A DNA stretch of 64,000 bases from Candidatus Bathyarchaeota archaeon (GCA_963767735.1 CAVYES010000002.1:216199-280198); one strand, 5' to 3'; positions 20,638 to 29,768 are shown, numbered from the stretch's first letter. Numbers and translations are program-made. The notes: generated by a model not told the origin, from the letters alone.

Positions 20638-21420
20638 TTACTTTTTAGCTTTTTTGGTGTAGGTATATGTTCCGAATGCTACTGCGACTATTGCAATGAC
20701 CATGGCAAGTGTGGTTGCAGTTGAAAACTCGTTTATTGTTGGTGTGGGTGTTGGCAATGTTAGAGTGCTGCTGGTTGGAACGAAAATTGCTTCCATAGCG
20801 CATGTGTTTTGAGGTATGTTCAAGGTAAGGGTGCTAGAGGTGTAAGTTGAGGATGTCGATGTTACAACCATCCAAAAGAGGAAATTGAAACCGCTGGCTG
20901 GGACTGCTGTGAATGTGGCTGATTCGCCGATTGTATAATTGGTGTAGGTTATTGGTGGAGTGGATGTTAAGGAAGATGGAACTGTTGTTCCGCCTACTGT
21001 GAAGTATAGGGCAATCGTTGCTGTTCCACTACCAGAGCTTGATTGTACAGCATTAGTGGTTGGGATGAATATTGCTTCTATAGCGCAACCCGATGCGCTA
21101 ATAGTTTCGGTTACTGTACTAGCAGCTGAGGTGACGGCTCCTGACGGGGTAACATAGATCCAACCTAAGAAGTTGAAGCCTGCACTGGCAGTCTGAGAGA
21201 AGGTAACAACATCGCCGTTAGCATAAGATAGGCTTGATCCGCCTGCTGCAGCTGTTCCGTTTGCTGAAACTGAACCACCTATGGTTGAATAAACATAGAC
21301 GCTGTCTGTTGTTGCCGCTTTCGCGAGTGGCACCTGTGTATTTATAGCCGAAATTAAAAGTGCTGACGTTAGAAGAATCAAAGCTAAAACTTTAAAGTTC
21401 TTTGTTGAGTTCTTATTCAT
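20638..21420 (-). CDS. Secreted Ser/Thr-rich surface protein with two divergent repeat domains and a PEF-CTERM-like anchor
   Basis: Signal peptide; two copies of GG.V..Y..G....F......GFNFL.W......C..EAIF.PT; PTPTPTINEF + TM helix + KKAKK. Confidence 0.75.
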   Translation of the reverse strand: MNKNSTKNFKVLALILLTSALLISAINTQVPLAKAATTDSVYVYSTIGGSVSANGTAAAGGSSLSYANGDVVTFSQTASAGFNFLGWIYVTPSGAVTSAASTVTETISASGCAIEAIFIPTTNAVQSSSGSGTATIALYFTVGGTTVPSSLTSTPPITYTNYTIGESATFTAVPASGFNFLFWMVVTSTSSTYTSSTLTLNIPQNTCAMEAIFVPTSSTLTLPTPTPTINEFSTATTLAMVIAIVAVAFGTYTYTKKAKK

Positions 21421-21591
21421 TGAATCACCGAATTTTTCTGTCTTTTTATTGGATAAAAGGCGATATAAGCTTTTCTAAACCACCATGCCAGCGTTCTAAC
21501 GTTAGACTCGCAAAGCCGCGTCGCTCTAAGCTTTTATCAAAACAAGCACCATAACAAGTCCACGAAAACGTGATATTATCGGAGAATTAGG

Positions 21592-21689
21592 TGGTCGGGA
21601 GAGCAGGATTTGAACCTGCGACGGCTCGGTATCTGTGGCCTGTGCAGGCTAGAATGAAGCCCACCATGGGTAGACCTCTACAGCGTCTC
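21592..21689 (-). repeat. 98-bp perfect direct repeat of the 3' part of tRNA-Tyr (att-like fragment)
   Basis: Identical to 22386-22483; contains CCA, T-arm, the whole 37/38 intron and the anticodon, but no 5' exon. Confidence 0.95.
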
Positions 21690-21727
21690 TACCCAAGTAA
21701 GTTAGCTCTTCTTTAGTTGGAATAAAG

Positions 21728-21988
21728 CTATTTGTAAACATTATCATGATGTTCATATCTTCTTACCGTGACAACCTTCCTCGTCTCATCTATATCGTAG
21801 ACAAGAACGAATGAACCCACATGTACCCGACGCATGTGCTGCATAGGACTCTTCAAAGGCTTAAATTGCTGAGGATTTTCCAAAATCTCGTTTATCTTTC
21901 TAGATACCGCCTCAAACTGAGGCAAATCCTTCTTTCGCAATTTCTTGAATAGTCTATCTACTTTTTCAACCACTTCTAAAGAGTACAA
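21728..21988 (-). CDS. RelE/ParE family toxin
   Basis: 86 aa; ILENPQQFKPL..MRRVHVGSFVLVY.ID..YEHHDNVY. Confidence 0.88.
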   Translation of the reverse strand: MYSLEVVEKVDRLFKKLRKKDLPQFEAVSRKINEILENPQQFKPLKSPMQHMRRVHVGSFVLVYDIDETRKVVTVRRYEHHDNVYK

Positions 21989-21992
21989 GCAA

Positions 21993-22223
21993 TCACTTAG
22001 AATATCGACTGGCGAAGTCTTTGACTTTTATCGTCTTTTCGATCTCTGAGGCCTTTAGGCTTTCTATGAACTCTGGCTTTAGCTCTGGCTCCAGTACACA
22101 TTCTTCAAACTGTTGAGCCATCAAATTTATTGCCTGACTCTTGTCTTTGAGACCATACTTGGCTTTAACTATGTTGAGGATTCTGTTCGTTCGTTCGTCA
22201 ATAGTTACAATCGCCTTGACCAT
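21993..22223 (-). CDS. Antitoxin (DUF2683-like)
   Basis: MVKAIV.I...TNRILNIVKAKYGLKDKSQAI..EPELKPEF; directly upstream of the RelE-like gene. Confidence 0.8.
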   Translation of the reverse strand: MVKAIVTIDERTNRILNIVKAKYGLKDKSQAINLMAQQFEECVLEPELKPEFIESLKASEIEKTIKVKDFASRYSK

Positions 22224-22385
22224 ATTAACACCGTATTGATAGAATATTAACTTGGAATATATATGCTAATTGCTGTCCAATAATAGATTCAGCAAATACA
22301 AAGATCATTGACGCAATCAAATAGCTCATGCTAAAGGGCAAAAATTCATCTACATATAAACCCAATTTTCAAGTTTAGATTAAAT

Positions 22386-22539
22386 TGGTCGGGAGAGCAG
22401 GATTTGAACCTGCGACGGCTCGGTATCTGTGGCCTGTGCAGGCTAGAATGAAGCCCACCATGGGTAGACCTCTACAGCGTCTCCACCAGCTAAGCTTGTT
22501 AGCCAGCTCGAGAGCTCTGCCAGGCTGAGCTACCTCCCG
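22386..22539 (-). tRNA. tRNA-Tyr(GTA) with two introns: 30/31 (22479-22508, 30 nt) and 37/38 (22425-22471, 47 nt); CCA encoded
   Basis: Removing both introns gives a 77-nt cloverleaf with C1-G72, anticodon arm CTCGG-CTGTAGA-CCGAG and T-loop TTCAAAT. Both junctions fold as bulge-helix-bulge. Confidence 0.92.
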
Positions 22540-22660
22540 ACAAAGTCCATAAAGATTGGGGGAAAGAATTTATGTGTTTTGGCATTTTAGGCTGTGTCGA
22601 GCCATACTAAACATTTTAATCTTTTAGTAAGAGTGCTTAGGTAAAGACAGGTGTATTTAA

Positions 22661-23626
22661 TTGGCGAAAACTATCGGCATTGTAACTTCTGGTGGAGATG
22701 CGCCAGGCATGAACGCCGCCATCCGAGCTGTAACACGAATAGGCCACGCAAAGGGTTTTCAAGTTATAGGTTTCGAAAGAGGATGGGACGGACTTTTATC
22801 TAACTCGTTTAGAAGGTTGACTCCTCGAAATGTCGGAGGCATTATTCAGTTAGGCGGCACTATACTCCACACCATTCGATGTCCAAGTTTCGAGGAAGAA
22901 GGCAGCGCCGAAAAAGCGGCAGAAACATTGTCTGTAAATAACGTTGACGGCTTAGTCGTTATCGGCGGCGACGGCTCATTTAGAGGCGCCTTAGACCTAA
23001 GCAGAGAAAGCGACGCCTTAATGGTTGGGATACCCGCCACAATTGACAATGACGTTTATGGAACAGACGAGACAATCGGCTTTGACACTGCGGTCAACAC
23101 TGCGGTAGGCTCGATCGACAAAATTAGGGATACGGCGATTTCTCATGAAAGAATATTCATTGTGGAGGTGATGGGCCGGAAAAGAGGATTCTTAGCGTTG
23201 GAAGTAGGAATGTGTGTGGGCGCAGAAGTGATTTTGATTCCAGAAAACCCAATGAAAATTGAGGACATTGTAAAGTTTATGGATGAAAGCGAAAAGAAAG
23301 GCAAACGGGCTGGAATAATAGTTGCGGCAGAAGGCTTCAGTGACACAAATAAATTAGCTCAAGAAATGCAGCGGCAAACAGAATCTGAAGTCAGACTATC
23401 CATTCTTGGCTATGCTCAGCGCGGCGGAAGCCCCACAGCACGCAGCAGGTTACTGGCAAGTTTATTCGCCGATAAAGCCGTTGAATTAATTTGCCAAGAA
23501 CAGGGCAACGTAGCTGTGGGATTACAGAACGGCGCAGTTGTGGGCGTAGAGCTTGAGAAAGCCGCTAACAACAGGAAGCCGATAAACCTAAAGCTGTTAG
23601 AAGTAGCCGACATGCTTGCAACGTAA
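22661..23626 (+). CDS. pfkA: ATP-dependent 6-phosphofructokinase (PfkA family)
   Basis: TSGGDAPGMNAAIRA, GGDGS, PATIDND, GFDTA, EVMGR, LGYAQRGG. Confidence 0.93.
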   Translation: MAKTIGIVTSGGDAPGMNAAIRAVTRIGHAKGFQVIGFERGWDGLLSNSFRRLTPRNVGGIIQLGGTILHTIRCPSFEEEGSAEKAAETLSVNNVDGLVVIGGDGSFRGALDLSRESDALMVGIPATIDNDVYGTDETIGFDTAVNTAVGSIDKIRDTAISHERIFIVEVMGRKRGFLALEVGMCVGAEVILIPENPMKIEDIVKFMDESEKKGKRAGIIVAAEGFSDTNKLAQEMQRQTESEVRLSILGYAQRGGSPTARSRLLASLFADKAVELICQEQGNVAVGLQNGAVVGVELEKAANNRKPINLKLLEVADMLAT

Positions 23627-23750
23627 ACCTCCTTCTCTTCTTTTTAGGCAGTGTGATGCACGAAAAAACGCGATCAATTTCGTCTCCTGCAAAGCTTTTT
23701 CCATGTTGCTTTTTGGTTTAGAGTTTAAAATGTTTGTTGGTTGCGGCTAG

Positions 23751-23800
23751 ATTTGGTAGAAAATGGTAATATTTGGCGATTTATGGTAAAAAATGGTGAA
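23751..23800. repeat. Degenerate tandem array, 5 x 10 bp (wwwTGGtrrw)
   Basis: atttggtaga aaatggtaat atttggcgat ttatggtaaa aaatggtgaa. Confidence 0.6.
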
Positions 23801-23844
23801 AAAAGTTGTTTGCGCATTAGTCTACAAGAGTCGGCAAGGTTAGT

Positions 23845-25089
23845 TTACAGCAGTGACTCGTAGATTTTGCTTGTTTGCTCAGCAACTTTTCGCCAAGTAA
23901 AATACTCCAGCACTCTTCGCCTGCCGTTTTCGCCCCAGTTTTTGGCTTTTTCAGGGTCACGCAGCACCGCATTTATCCCCCAAGCTATGTCCGCAGGGTC
24001 TCCCCCGTTAACGTGCACTCCGTTTTGTTCAGTACCACCGGGTATCACTTGCTCTTTGAAGCCCACCACACCTCTCGCACCGACTACCACCGGTTTCTCC
24101 ATGGCCATCGCCTCTAAACTCACAATTCCAAACGGCTCATAAGTTGACGGAAAAACGCACACATCAGAGGCAGCATAGTGGAGGATCCGTTCTTTTTCAG
24201 ACACGAAGTCGAAGCGGTAAACGATTTTGTCCTTAATGTTCAGTCTTTCTGCTGCGTCAACGATGCTTTGCTCGTCGCCTTTGCCTAAAATAACCAGTTT
24301 AGTATTAGGGTTCTCTTTGAGAATTATAGGCATAGCCTGTAGTAAATTGTGTACGCCTTTAACCCAAGTGAGCCTTCCTACGAAAAGCAGCATGTTCCAA
24401 CCGTCAGGAATGCCATATTTTGCTCTGATTTGCTCAACATCTTGTTTTTTAACTTTGATCGGGTTGTAAATATCTGGGTCTACACCATTCCAGGCTACGC
24501 TGATTTTTGAAGATTGCCAGCCGTGCTTTATGAGGTCTTCTTGCATTGCGTAGCTGACGGTTATTATGCGGTCGGAGTTTTGAGCCATCGCGGTCTCCAA
24601 ATGGGACACTACTTCAGAGCCTTGCCCGCCGCTTCTGCCCCATTCTGTACTGTGCACATGGAAAACCACCGGTATTTTAGTTTCATTCTTAATTATTAAT
24701 CCTGAAATGCTGCTTAGCCAGTCGTGAACGCAGACGACGTCAAAATTGTATTTCTCTTTTTTAATTAAGGCATTGATGAATTTGGTGGCGCTCAAGACGT
24801 TGTACATGAAGATGTCGTTGAAGAATTTGATGTTTGTACCCCATTTTTTCAGGTCATCCGTCACAAAGAAGGGCCAAACGCTGCTGGCATCAGCGACTAA
24901 TGGTCTGTGAACTTCTACGCCTTTGAGGATTTCTTTTGTCTTCAACCCGCCGTTGTTGAGGGTGAATACTGAGACGTCATGCCCAATGTCAACGTATTCA
25001 TGAGTGATGTATTCTGCATAAGTGCCTAAACCACCAACAATTTGAGGAGGATATTCATACACAAAAAAGCCAATTCGCAAAGCCGTCAC
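23845..25089 (-). CDS. Glycosyltransferase family 4 (glycogen-synthase-like)
   Basis: EYPP..VGGLG, HDW, HVHSTE, NGVD, FVGRL..KG, YEPFGIVSLEAM. Confidence 0.9.
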   Translation of the reverse strand: MTALRIGFFVYEYPPQIVGGLGTYAEYITHEYVDIGHDVSVFTLNNGGLKTKEILKGVEVHRPLVADASSVWPFFVTDDLKKWGTNIKFFNDIFMYNVLSATKFINALIKKEKYNFDVVCVHDWLSSISGLIIKNETKIPVVFHVHSTEWGRSGGQGSEVVSHLETAMAQNSDRIITVSYAMQEDLIKHGWQSSKISVAWNGVDPDIYNPIKVKKQDVEQIRAKYGIPDGWNMLLFVGRLTWVKGVHNLLQAMPIILKENPNTKLVILGKGDEQSIVDAAERLNIKDKIVYRFDFVSEKERILHYAASDVCVFPSTYEPFGIVSLEAMAMEKPVVVGARGVVGFKEQVIPGGTEQNGVHVNGGDPADIAWGINAVLRDPEKAKNWGENGRRRVLEYFTWRKVAEQTSKIYESLL

Positions 25090-25210
25090 CTAAGCTCTTG
25101 CCTTAACTATGCCTTGAATGCTATTTATACTTTAAATCTGAATGAAAATTCTGCTATCTTTGCATAATTTTTCTATAGCCAATTTTAATTAGTTTTAGTT
25201 CGATAGGATG

Positions 25211-25273
25211 CTATAATTCGCTGCCGATTAGATACTCCATTCAAGCCCATGCATCCACTACAAATCTACTCAA
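25211..25273 (-). pseudogene. Truncated VapC/PIN toxin relic
   Basis: TTG start overlapping the AbrB stop region; reads MSRFVVDAWA*MEYLIGSEL*, a PIN N-terminus with TGA where Trp is expected; no further similarity. Confidence 0.65.
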
Positions 25274-25481
25274 ATGCTTTCAACTCATCGTCAACGGTGA
25301 ATGACTTCATGCCGTTGAGGGTACCGAAACCATTTTTCCGACATTTCTTCACGGTAACTTCGATGTACTCCTTCTCTCGGATGTTTTGCGTTTCAACCAA
25401 CTCTTTAGGCAAAGTAACCACGATTGACCCGCCTACTTTCCTATTTTTTGTCAAACACCTTGCCATGTAACCACCAGTCAA
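25266..25481 (-). CDS. AbrB/MazE/SpoVT family antitoxin
   Basis: RKVGGSIVVTLPKELVE..I.E.E..V.V. Confidence 0.85.
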   Translation of the reverse strand: MTGGYMARCLTKNRKVGGSIVVTLPKELVETQNIREKEYIEVTVKKCRKNGFGTLNGMKSFTVDDELKAFE

Positions 25482-25580
25482 ATAAAATTATACAACAAGT
25501 TATACTTAACAGTCCCTAAACAAAATAAAAAACAATCTCACGTTTTTTTCTTTGAAATTCTTATTTTTGCGAACCATTCA

Positions 25581-26105
25581 CTATTTCAGTAATGTGAAGT
25601 TCTCAATTAACCGCATAATTTCTGCATAACTCTCCAAGCTGCATCGCCAGCCAGCAGAAACCATGTCATTTATGGACTGCTTAGCTGCTTTTTTTGAAAG
25701 TAGCCCTTCAAAAACAGCTCTCACCAAAACGTAAGGTGTGCCCACATATTCGATTCCATAGACCTTCGCCGTCTTTCTTGCTACCTCATCATCAATAACT
25801 GCCAACGCTTTGTTTTCTTTGGCGAGTGACAAAACTTCTGCATCTGCTTCATGAAGACCGCGAGTCTTAGATAACTGAGAAAGAAAGACTGAATCTTTGG
25901 GCTTGCAAACCTTGAAAACGTGGTTATCAAACATTTTCTCCAATGCAATTGCGTCTGAAACCCCCTTGAGTTTGCCTTTATCCACGACTTCTGCCTTAAC
26001 CAGCGGAGAAGTTAATTTTTCCTCTTCTAAATATGTGATAATTCCGCTTAAGCCAGCTTTCGTCAGATAGATCAGAGGAGTGGAATTGAACACTAACGGC
26101 TTCAC
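25581..26105 (-). CDS. PIN-domain protein (DUF3368-like)
   Basis: VFNSTPLIYL, LHEADAEVL.LA, IDDEVARK.A, GT. Confidence 0.85.
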   Translation of the reverse strand: MKPLVFNSTPLIYLTKAGLSGIITYLEEEKLTSPLVKAEVVDKGKLKGVSDAIALEKMFDNHVFKVCKPKDSVFLSQLSKTRGLHEADAEVLSLAKENKALAVIDDEVARKTAKVYGIEYVGTPYVLVRAVFEGLLSKKAAKQSINDMVSAGWRCSLESYAEIMRLIENFTLLK

Positions 26106-26431
26106 TTATTCTTCGCCACCGATGCTTCCCTAAACTCCTTCTCTAAATCTTCAGGTTCATACCTGACCCATTCTATGTTGTGTTGTTTCACTAAATCAGC
26201 AAATTCCCAAAGCGAAAGCTTGGCAATGTCTGCTGCTTTAGCGAAGGTTGCTTTTCCCGATTGCAAAAGCTCCAGTGAAGTTTGTTTTCTCCACTCTATA
26301 ACGCCTGTTTCTAGAAGGTTTCGTACTACCGTTGCTTTATCGAGTTTTTCTTTTTTTATTATTTCAAGAATTTCTTTTTCTAGCTCAGCGGGAACTCTGA
26401 CAGCTAATGGTTTTAATGGCAACGCGACCAC
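26102..26431 (-). CDS. UPF0175 family antitoxin-like protein
   Basis: RHH-like N-terminus plus GKATFAKAADIAKLSLWEF; 4-nt overlap with the PIN gene. Confidence 0.85.
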   Translation of the reverse strand: MVALPLKPLAVRVPAELEKEILEIIKKEKLDKATVVRNLLETGVIEWRKQTSLELLQSGKATFAKAADIAKLSLWEFADLVKQHNIEWVRYEPEDLEKEFREASVAKNK

Positions 26432-26554
26432 TGTTTACAATAGGTGTCAAATGAATACATAAATCTTGTGTGAACATAATGCAGAAGCATTATTCAACAA
26501 TCCTAAAACGTTTTATCGTTAGATGAAGAAATAGTTTGTCAGGAGTCACGAAAT

Positions 26555-27091
26555 TTGAAGTCAGCTTTAATAGTTTATTGTTCAATCACAGGAAATACCC
26601 AAAAAGTTGCTTACGCGATTAGCGAAGGCTTGAAGGACGCAGGGTTAAAGGTTGATTTGAAGAATCCTCAAGAGGCCGCCGACGTGGACTTTTTTGTTTA
26701 CGATTTGGTTTGTGTTGGTTCGCCATCGATAGAGTGGCAGCCTGCTAAGCCGATGACTGACTTTCTTAAGGCTAAATTGGCTTTTTACCGTAATCAAGGA
26801 AAAATTAAGCCGTGCGCCCCAAAATTAGCTGGCAAAAACGCGTTGGTTTTCTGCACTTATTCTGGGTCACACACAGGCATCGCAGAGGCTACTCCAGCGG
26901 GAAAAACTATGCGGCAGTATTTCGAGCATTTCGGTTTTAACGTGGTCGGTGAATGGTATGTGCCGGGCGAGTTTCATGGAAGAGAAGATTTGAGCACGCA
27001 GGGCAGGCTTGGGGACATCAGGGGAAAACCAACAGCGAAGACTTTGGCGAAAATTAAAAAGAACGCGGAACAATTAGCAGAGCATCTGTAA
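26555..27091 (+). CDS. Flavodoxin family protein
   Basis: IVYCSITGNTQKVA.AI, DLVCVGSP, FCTYSG. Confidence 0.85.
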   Translation: MKSALIVYCSITGNTQKVAYAISEGLKDAGLKVDLKNPQEAADVDFFVYDLVCVGSPSIEWQPAKPMTDFLKAKLAFYRNQGKIKPCAPKLAGKNALVFCTYSGSHTGIAEATPAGKTMRQYFEHFGFNVVGEWYVPGEFHGREDLSTQGRLGDIRGKPTAKTLAKIKKNAEQLAEHL

Positions 27092-27384
27092 TGGTGGTTA
27101 TTATGGCTAAAACAGTTAATTTGCCCGATAAAATCTATGATGATTTGGCTAAGGTTGCTGAAGAATTAACTTTTATGGCTAAAAAGCCGATTTCACAGTC
27201 AATGGCGATAAACCTGCTGATTGAAGTTTACCATGCACACCTCAATAATCGATGTGCGCTTGACTCTTTCAGCCAGCAACTAGCCAGCTTAGACATAATG
27301 TCACCCGAAGAATTTAACAAATACTGGGATGAACCCGCAAAACCGCAGGAAAAAAAGCGTAAAGCAAAAGCCAAGAAACAATGA
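27091..27384 (+). CDS. Hypothetical protein, possible ribbon-helix-helix N-terminus
   Basis: KTVNLPDKIYDDL; coupled to the flavodoxin stop. Confidence 0.6.
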   Translation: MVVIMAKTVNLPDKIYDDLAKVAEELTFMAKKPISQSMAINLLIEVYHAHLNNRCALDSFSQQLASLDIMSPEEFNKYWDEPAKPQEKKRKAKAKKQ

Positions 27385-27599
27385 ATTTAGCTGGAAAAAT
27401 ATACCGAGCGGCGCGCCTAATTGCTTCAAGCCGGGGTTTGCTGGGACTCTGGAACACTCTTTGGAGAAAAGAAAAATGCGAAGGTTGCTGAACCTATTGT
27501 TTCTTGCAAATTTGACCAGAACCTTCTCAGCCCCATATTTTTCTCAAAGATTTTAAAACTAAAAAAAGGGAAAGATGGTTTGTTTTTGTTTTGGCTTTT

Positions 27600-27845
27600 T
27601 TAGGTGTGTTTTCTGAGCATTAGCAATATTACTACGGCGAGGCCTACGATGATTACAACGAATAGGCCTGCGATTGCGGGAACAAAGTATGTGTCAGCGA
27701 CGGATGTTGGGATTGCGGTTGGTGCTGCAGTGCATGCGGGTGTTGAAGTAGCGTAGAACGATGTTTCGACGTTAATTGGATAGTAAGCGTTGGAGCCTGC
27801 AAAGGTGGCGGTGACAGTGTATGAACATGGGACGTCAGGTGCCCA
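27600..27845 (-). pseudogene. Orphan C-terminal fragment of a membrane-anchored surface protein
   Basis: WAPDVPCSYTVTATFAGSNAYYP..PTAIPTSVADTYFVPAIAGLFVVIIVGLAVVILLMLRKHT*; no canonical start after the upstream in-frame stop. Confidence 0.7.
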
Positions 27846-28045
27846 AGGCAGCGCTTTAAAAATTTTAGAACAGGAACTTTCCCATAAAGGCTCCAGAATC
27901 TCTTATCAGTGTCCAAAAGAGGAGTGAAACCCAAAAAAAAATTTGCAGATGCCCTAAGCGAAATAACCAAATGCCTCGAAAAAACGGCTAGACCTGCTGG
28001 AACATAATCTACCCTAGTGGCACGCGACGGCAAACCAGAGGTAGC

Positions 28046-28180
28046 TCATTTAACTCTCAGGTTTTTGGTTTGGCGGATTACCTTTTTTTCGCCGGCTATA
28101 CACATGACCCATCCAACCACCCAAATGCAAACAGCGAAAGGTAACACGAGGAGTGAAGCTATTTTATTTCGTTTTGGCAT
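28046..28180 (-). CDS. 44-aa single-TM microprotein
   Basis: MPKRNKIASLLVLPFAVCIWVVGWVMCIAGEKK...; TATA-like TTTTAAG upstream. Confidence 0.5.
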   Translation of the reverse strand: MPKRNKIASLLVLPFAVCIWVVGWVMCIAGEKKVIRQTKNLRVK

Positions 28181-28286
28181 AGCAAGTGGTTACAGTAGAA
28201 CTTAAAATAAGGTTTGTTGAGAAACGCACTTTGCTAAATTTGTCAATTCCTGTCTTTTTTTCCAAAATGTAATTTTGAGGACTTAC

Positions 28287-28739
28287 CTATGGATGTGCTT
28301 CGCTCACTTGGATGTCCCAAAGCGACAGGCCAGTTACAGCGTCCTTTTTCCTTGCAAGTTTGTCTCCTGTTAGTTCAGTCAGATGAACTTCAGCAGCGAA
28401 AACTTTGCCCTCAAGCAGATGCCCAGCTTTCGCATTTCCATTTTTGTCAGCTAAAACTACGTGTGCATGAACAAAGGGTTCGCCGTCATTTATGGAAATG
28501 TTGCCAACACAACTTGCAATTTCCTGCGGAGCCGAAATCAAAGTCTCCAAATACTCATGTTTTTCTTGATCGTAAAATCCAATCTTGGCACATTTCAAAG
28601 CACCTATCGCCGTAAAGGTCGCGGCCATAATCGCGTTCCTCTTTGCCAATTCAGTTACAAACTCAATTATTTCCGAATCATGTTTAACGCGTACAAGAAA
28701 AATTTTCCCAACGTCAAGTTTTCTAAAGCTCATTTTCAC
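28287..28739 (-). CDS. PPC domain (DUF296) protein
   Basis: AIGAL, EIASCVGNI, HAHVVL, AGHL, VFAAEV. Confidence 0.9.
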   Translation of the reverse strand: MKMSFRKLDVGKIFLVRVKHDSEIIEFVTELAKRNAIMAATFTAIGALKCAKIGFYDQEKHEYLETLISAPQEIASCVGNISINDGEPFVHAHVVLADKNGNAKAGHLLEGKVFAAEVHLTELTGDKLARKKDAVTGLSLWDIQVSEAHP

Positions 28740-29107
28740 TTCTCCCCAATTCAGGTTATGCGTACCGAATAGATAATTTTAAAATTAATCAGTTATATGG
28801 ATTTTACTCTCAAATACCCTTTTCATTTCCCCTGATTCTAACTCAAAACGTTTCCTGTGAAAGCGTAGCCAAATCATCATTTAAAATTCAAAATGCATTT
28901 ACACCATAACGACGCAAAAAGACTATTAATCGGAATATTACTCGAGAAAGGGGCGAATCGAGGGTTAGCTTAAATGCAGCGTGATTCTCTCTCTCTTCCT
29001 GAATTTTTCGTTTGCGTTTAAGTTAACCTTACTTCGCTCGAACCCGCAACTATTTCATAATTTCATCAAATAAAAACTTAATGTATTTATTTTATTTACT
29101 GGGACAA

Positions 29108-29686
29108 TCATGAATTAATCTGTAACCTTTTTGGGTTTTGCGTAGCCATCACGATTTCTAAGGCTTTATTTTTTAGTTTCTCTGGCAGATTATTTCGATT
29201 TGCTAAAGTTACGATAAAAATCTCCGCATCTTCTCTTTGTTTTGCTTGAGTTATCAGCGGGTCTTTTGCTTTCAAGTGAACAACGGATAGAACCATTTTT
29301 TGGCTGTCTAACGCTTTTATAACGGATAGTTTGAAATTTCGGGAGAAAAGCTCCATGGGACCTATCTCGTCAATGGCGATAACATCTTTTTTCTCAACCG
29401 CATCAGCGATTGCTTTAGCCCCAATATTATCTAGGTCTTCTATGTTAACGTGGTACTTGTCCACTTGTGGACCCACTCTCTGATTGATATGTGCAAGCCA
29501 GCCGTGTTTGTTGTTGGTTAAGTCTATGATTTCAAAGCCGACCCGCGTACCGCCTTCTCTTGCTTCACGACTAATCATACCGCCGACTGTTATGCCCTAG
29601 GCTTTAAGCGAGTCAACTAATTTAATGAGCATAGTTGTTTTTCCAACGCCCGGGCTGCCAGTTAAAAGCAAAACTCGCTTCTGCAA
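29108..29686 (-). CDS. NTPase (THEP1/DUF265 family) with in-frame TAG at codon 30
   Basis: MQKRVLLLTGSPGVGKTT..LKA*GITVGGMISRE..RVGF..IDEIGPME; TAG at 29597-29599 separates Walker A from the rest. Confidence 0.85.
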
Positions 29687-29768
29687 TGCTTTCACGTTCC
29701 ATCTATTACCAGAAGTCTAATATGCCGATAAAATTCTTTCCATAGCAACATTCACTGGAGCGACACCG

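Noticed and set aside
25241-25243. In-frame TGA in the VapC relic as selenocysteine or Trp recoding
   Set aside because: The frame ends 10 codons later and TGA is a normal stop throughout the window.
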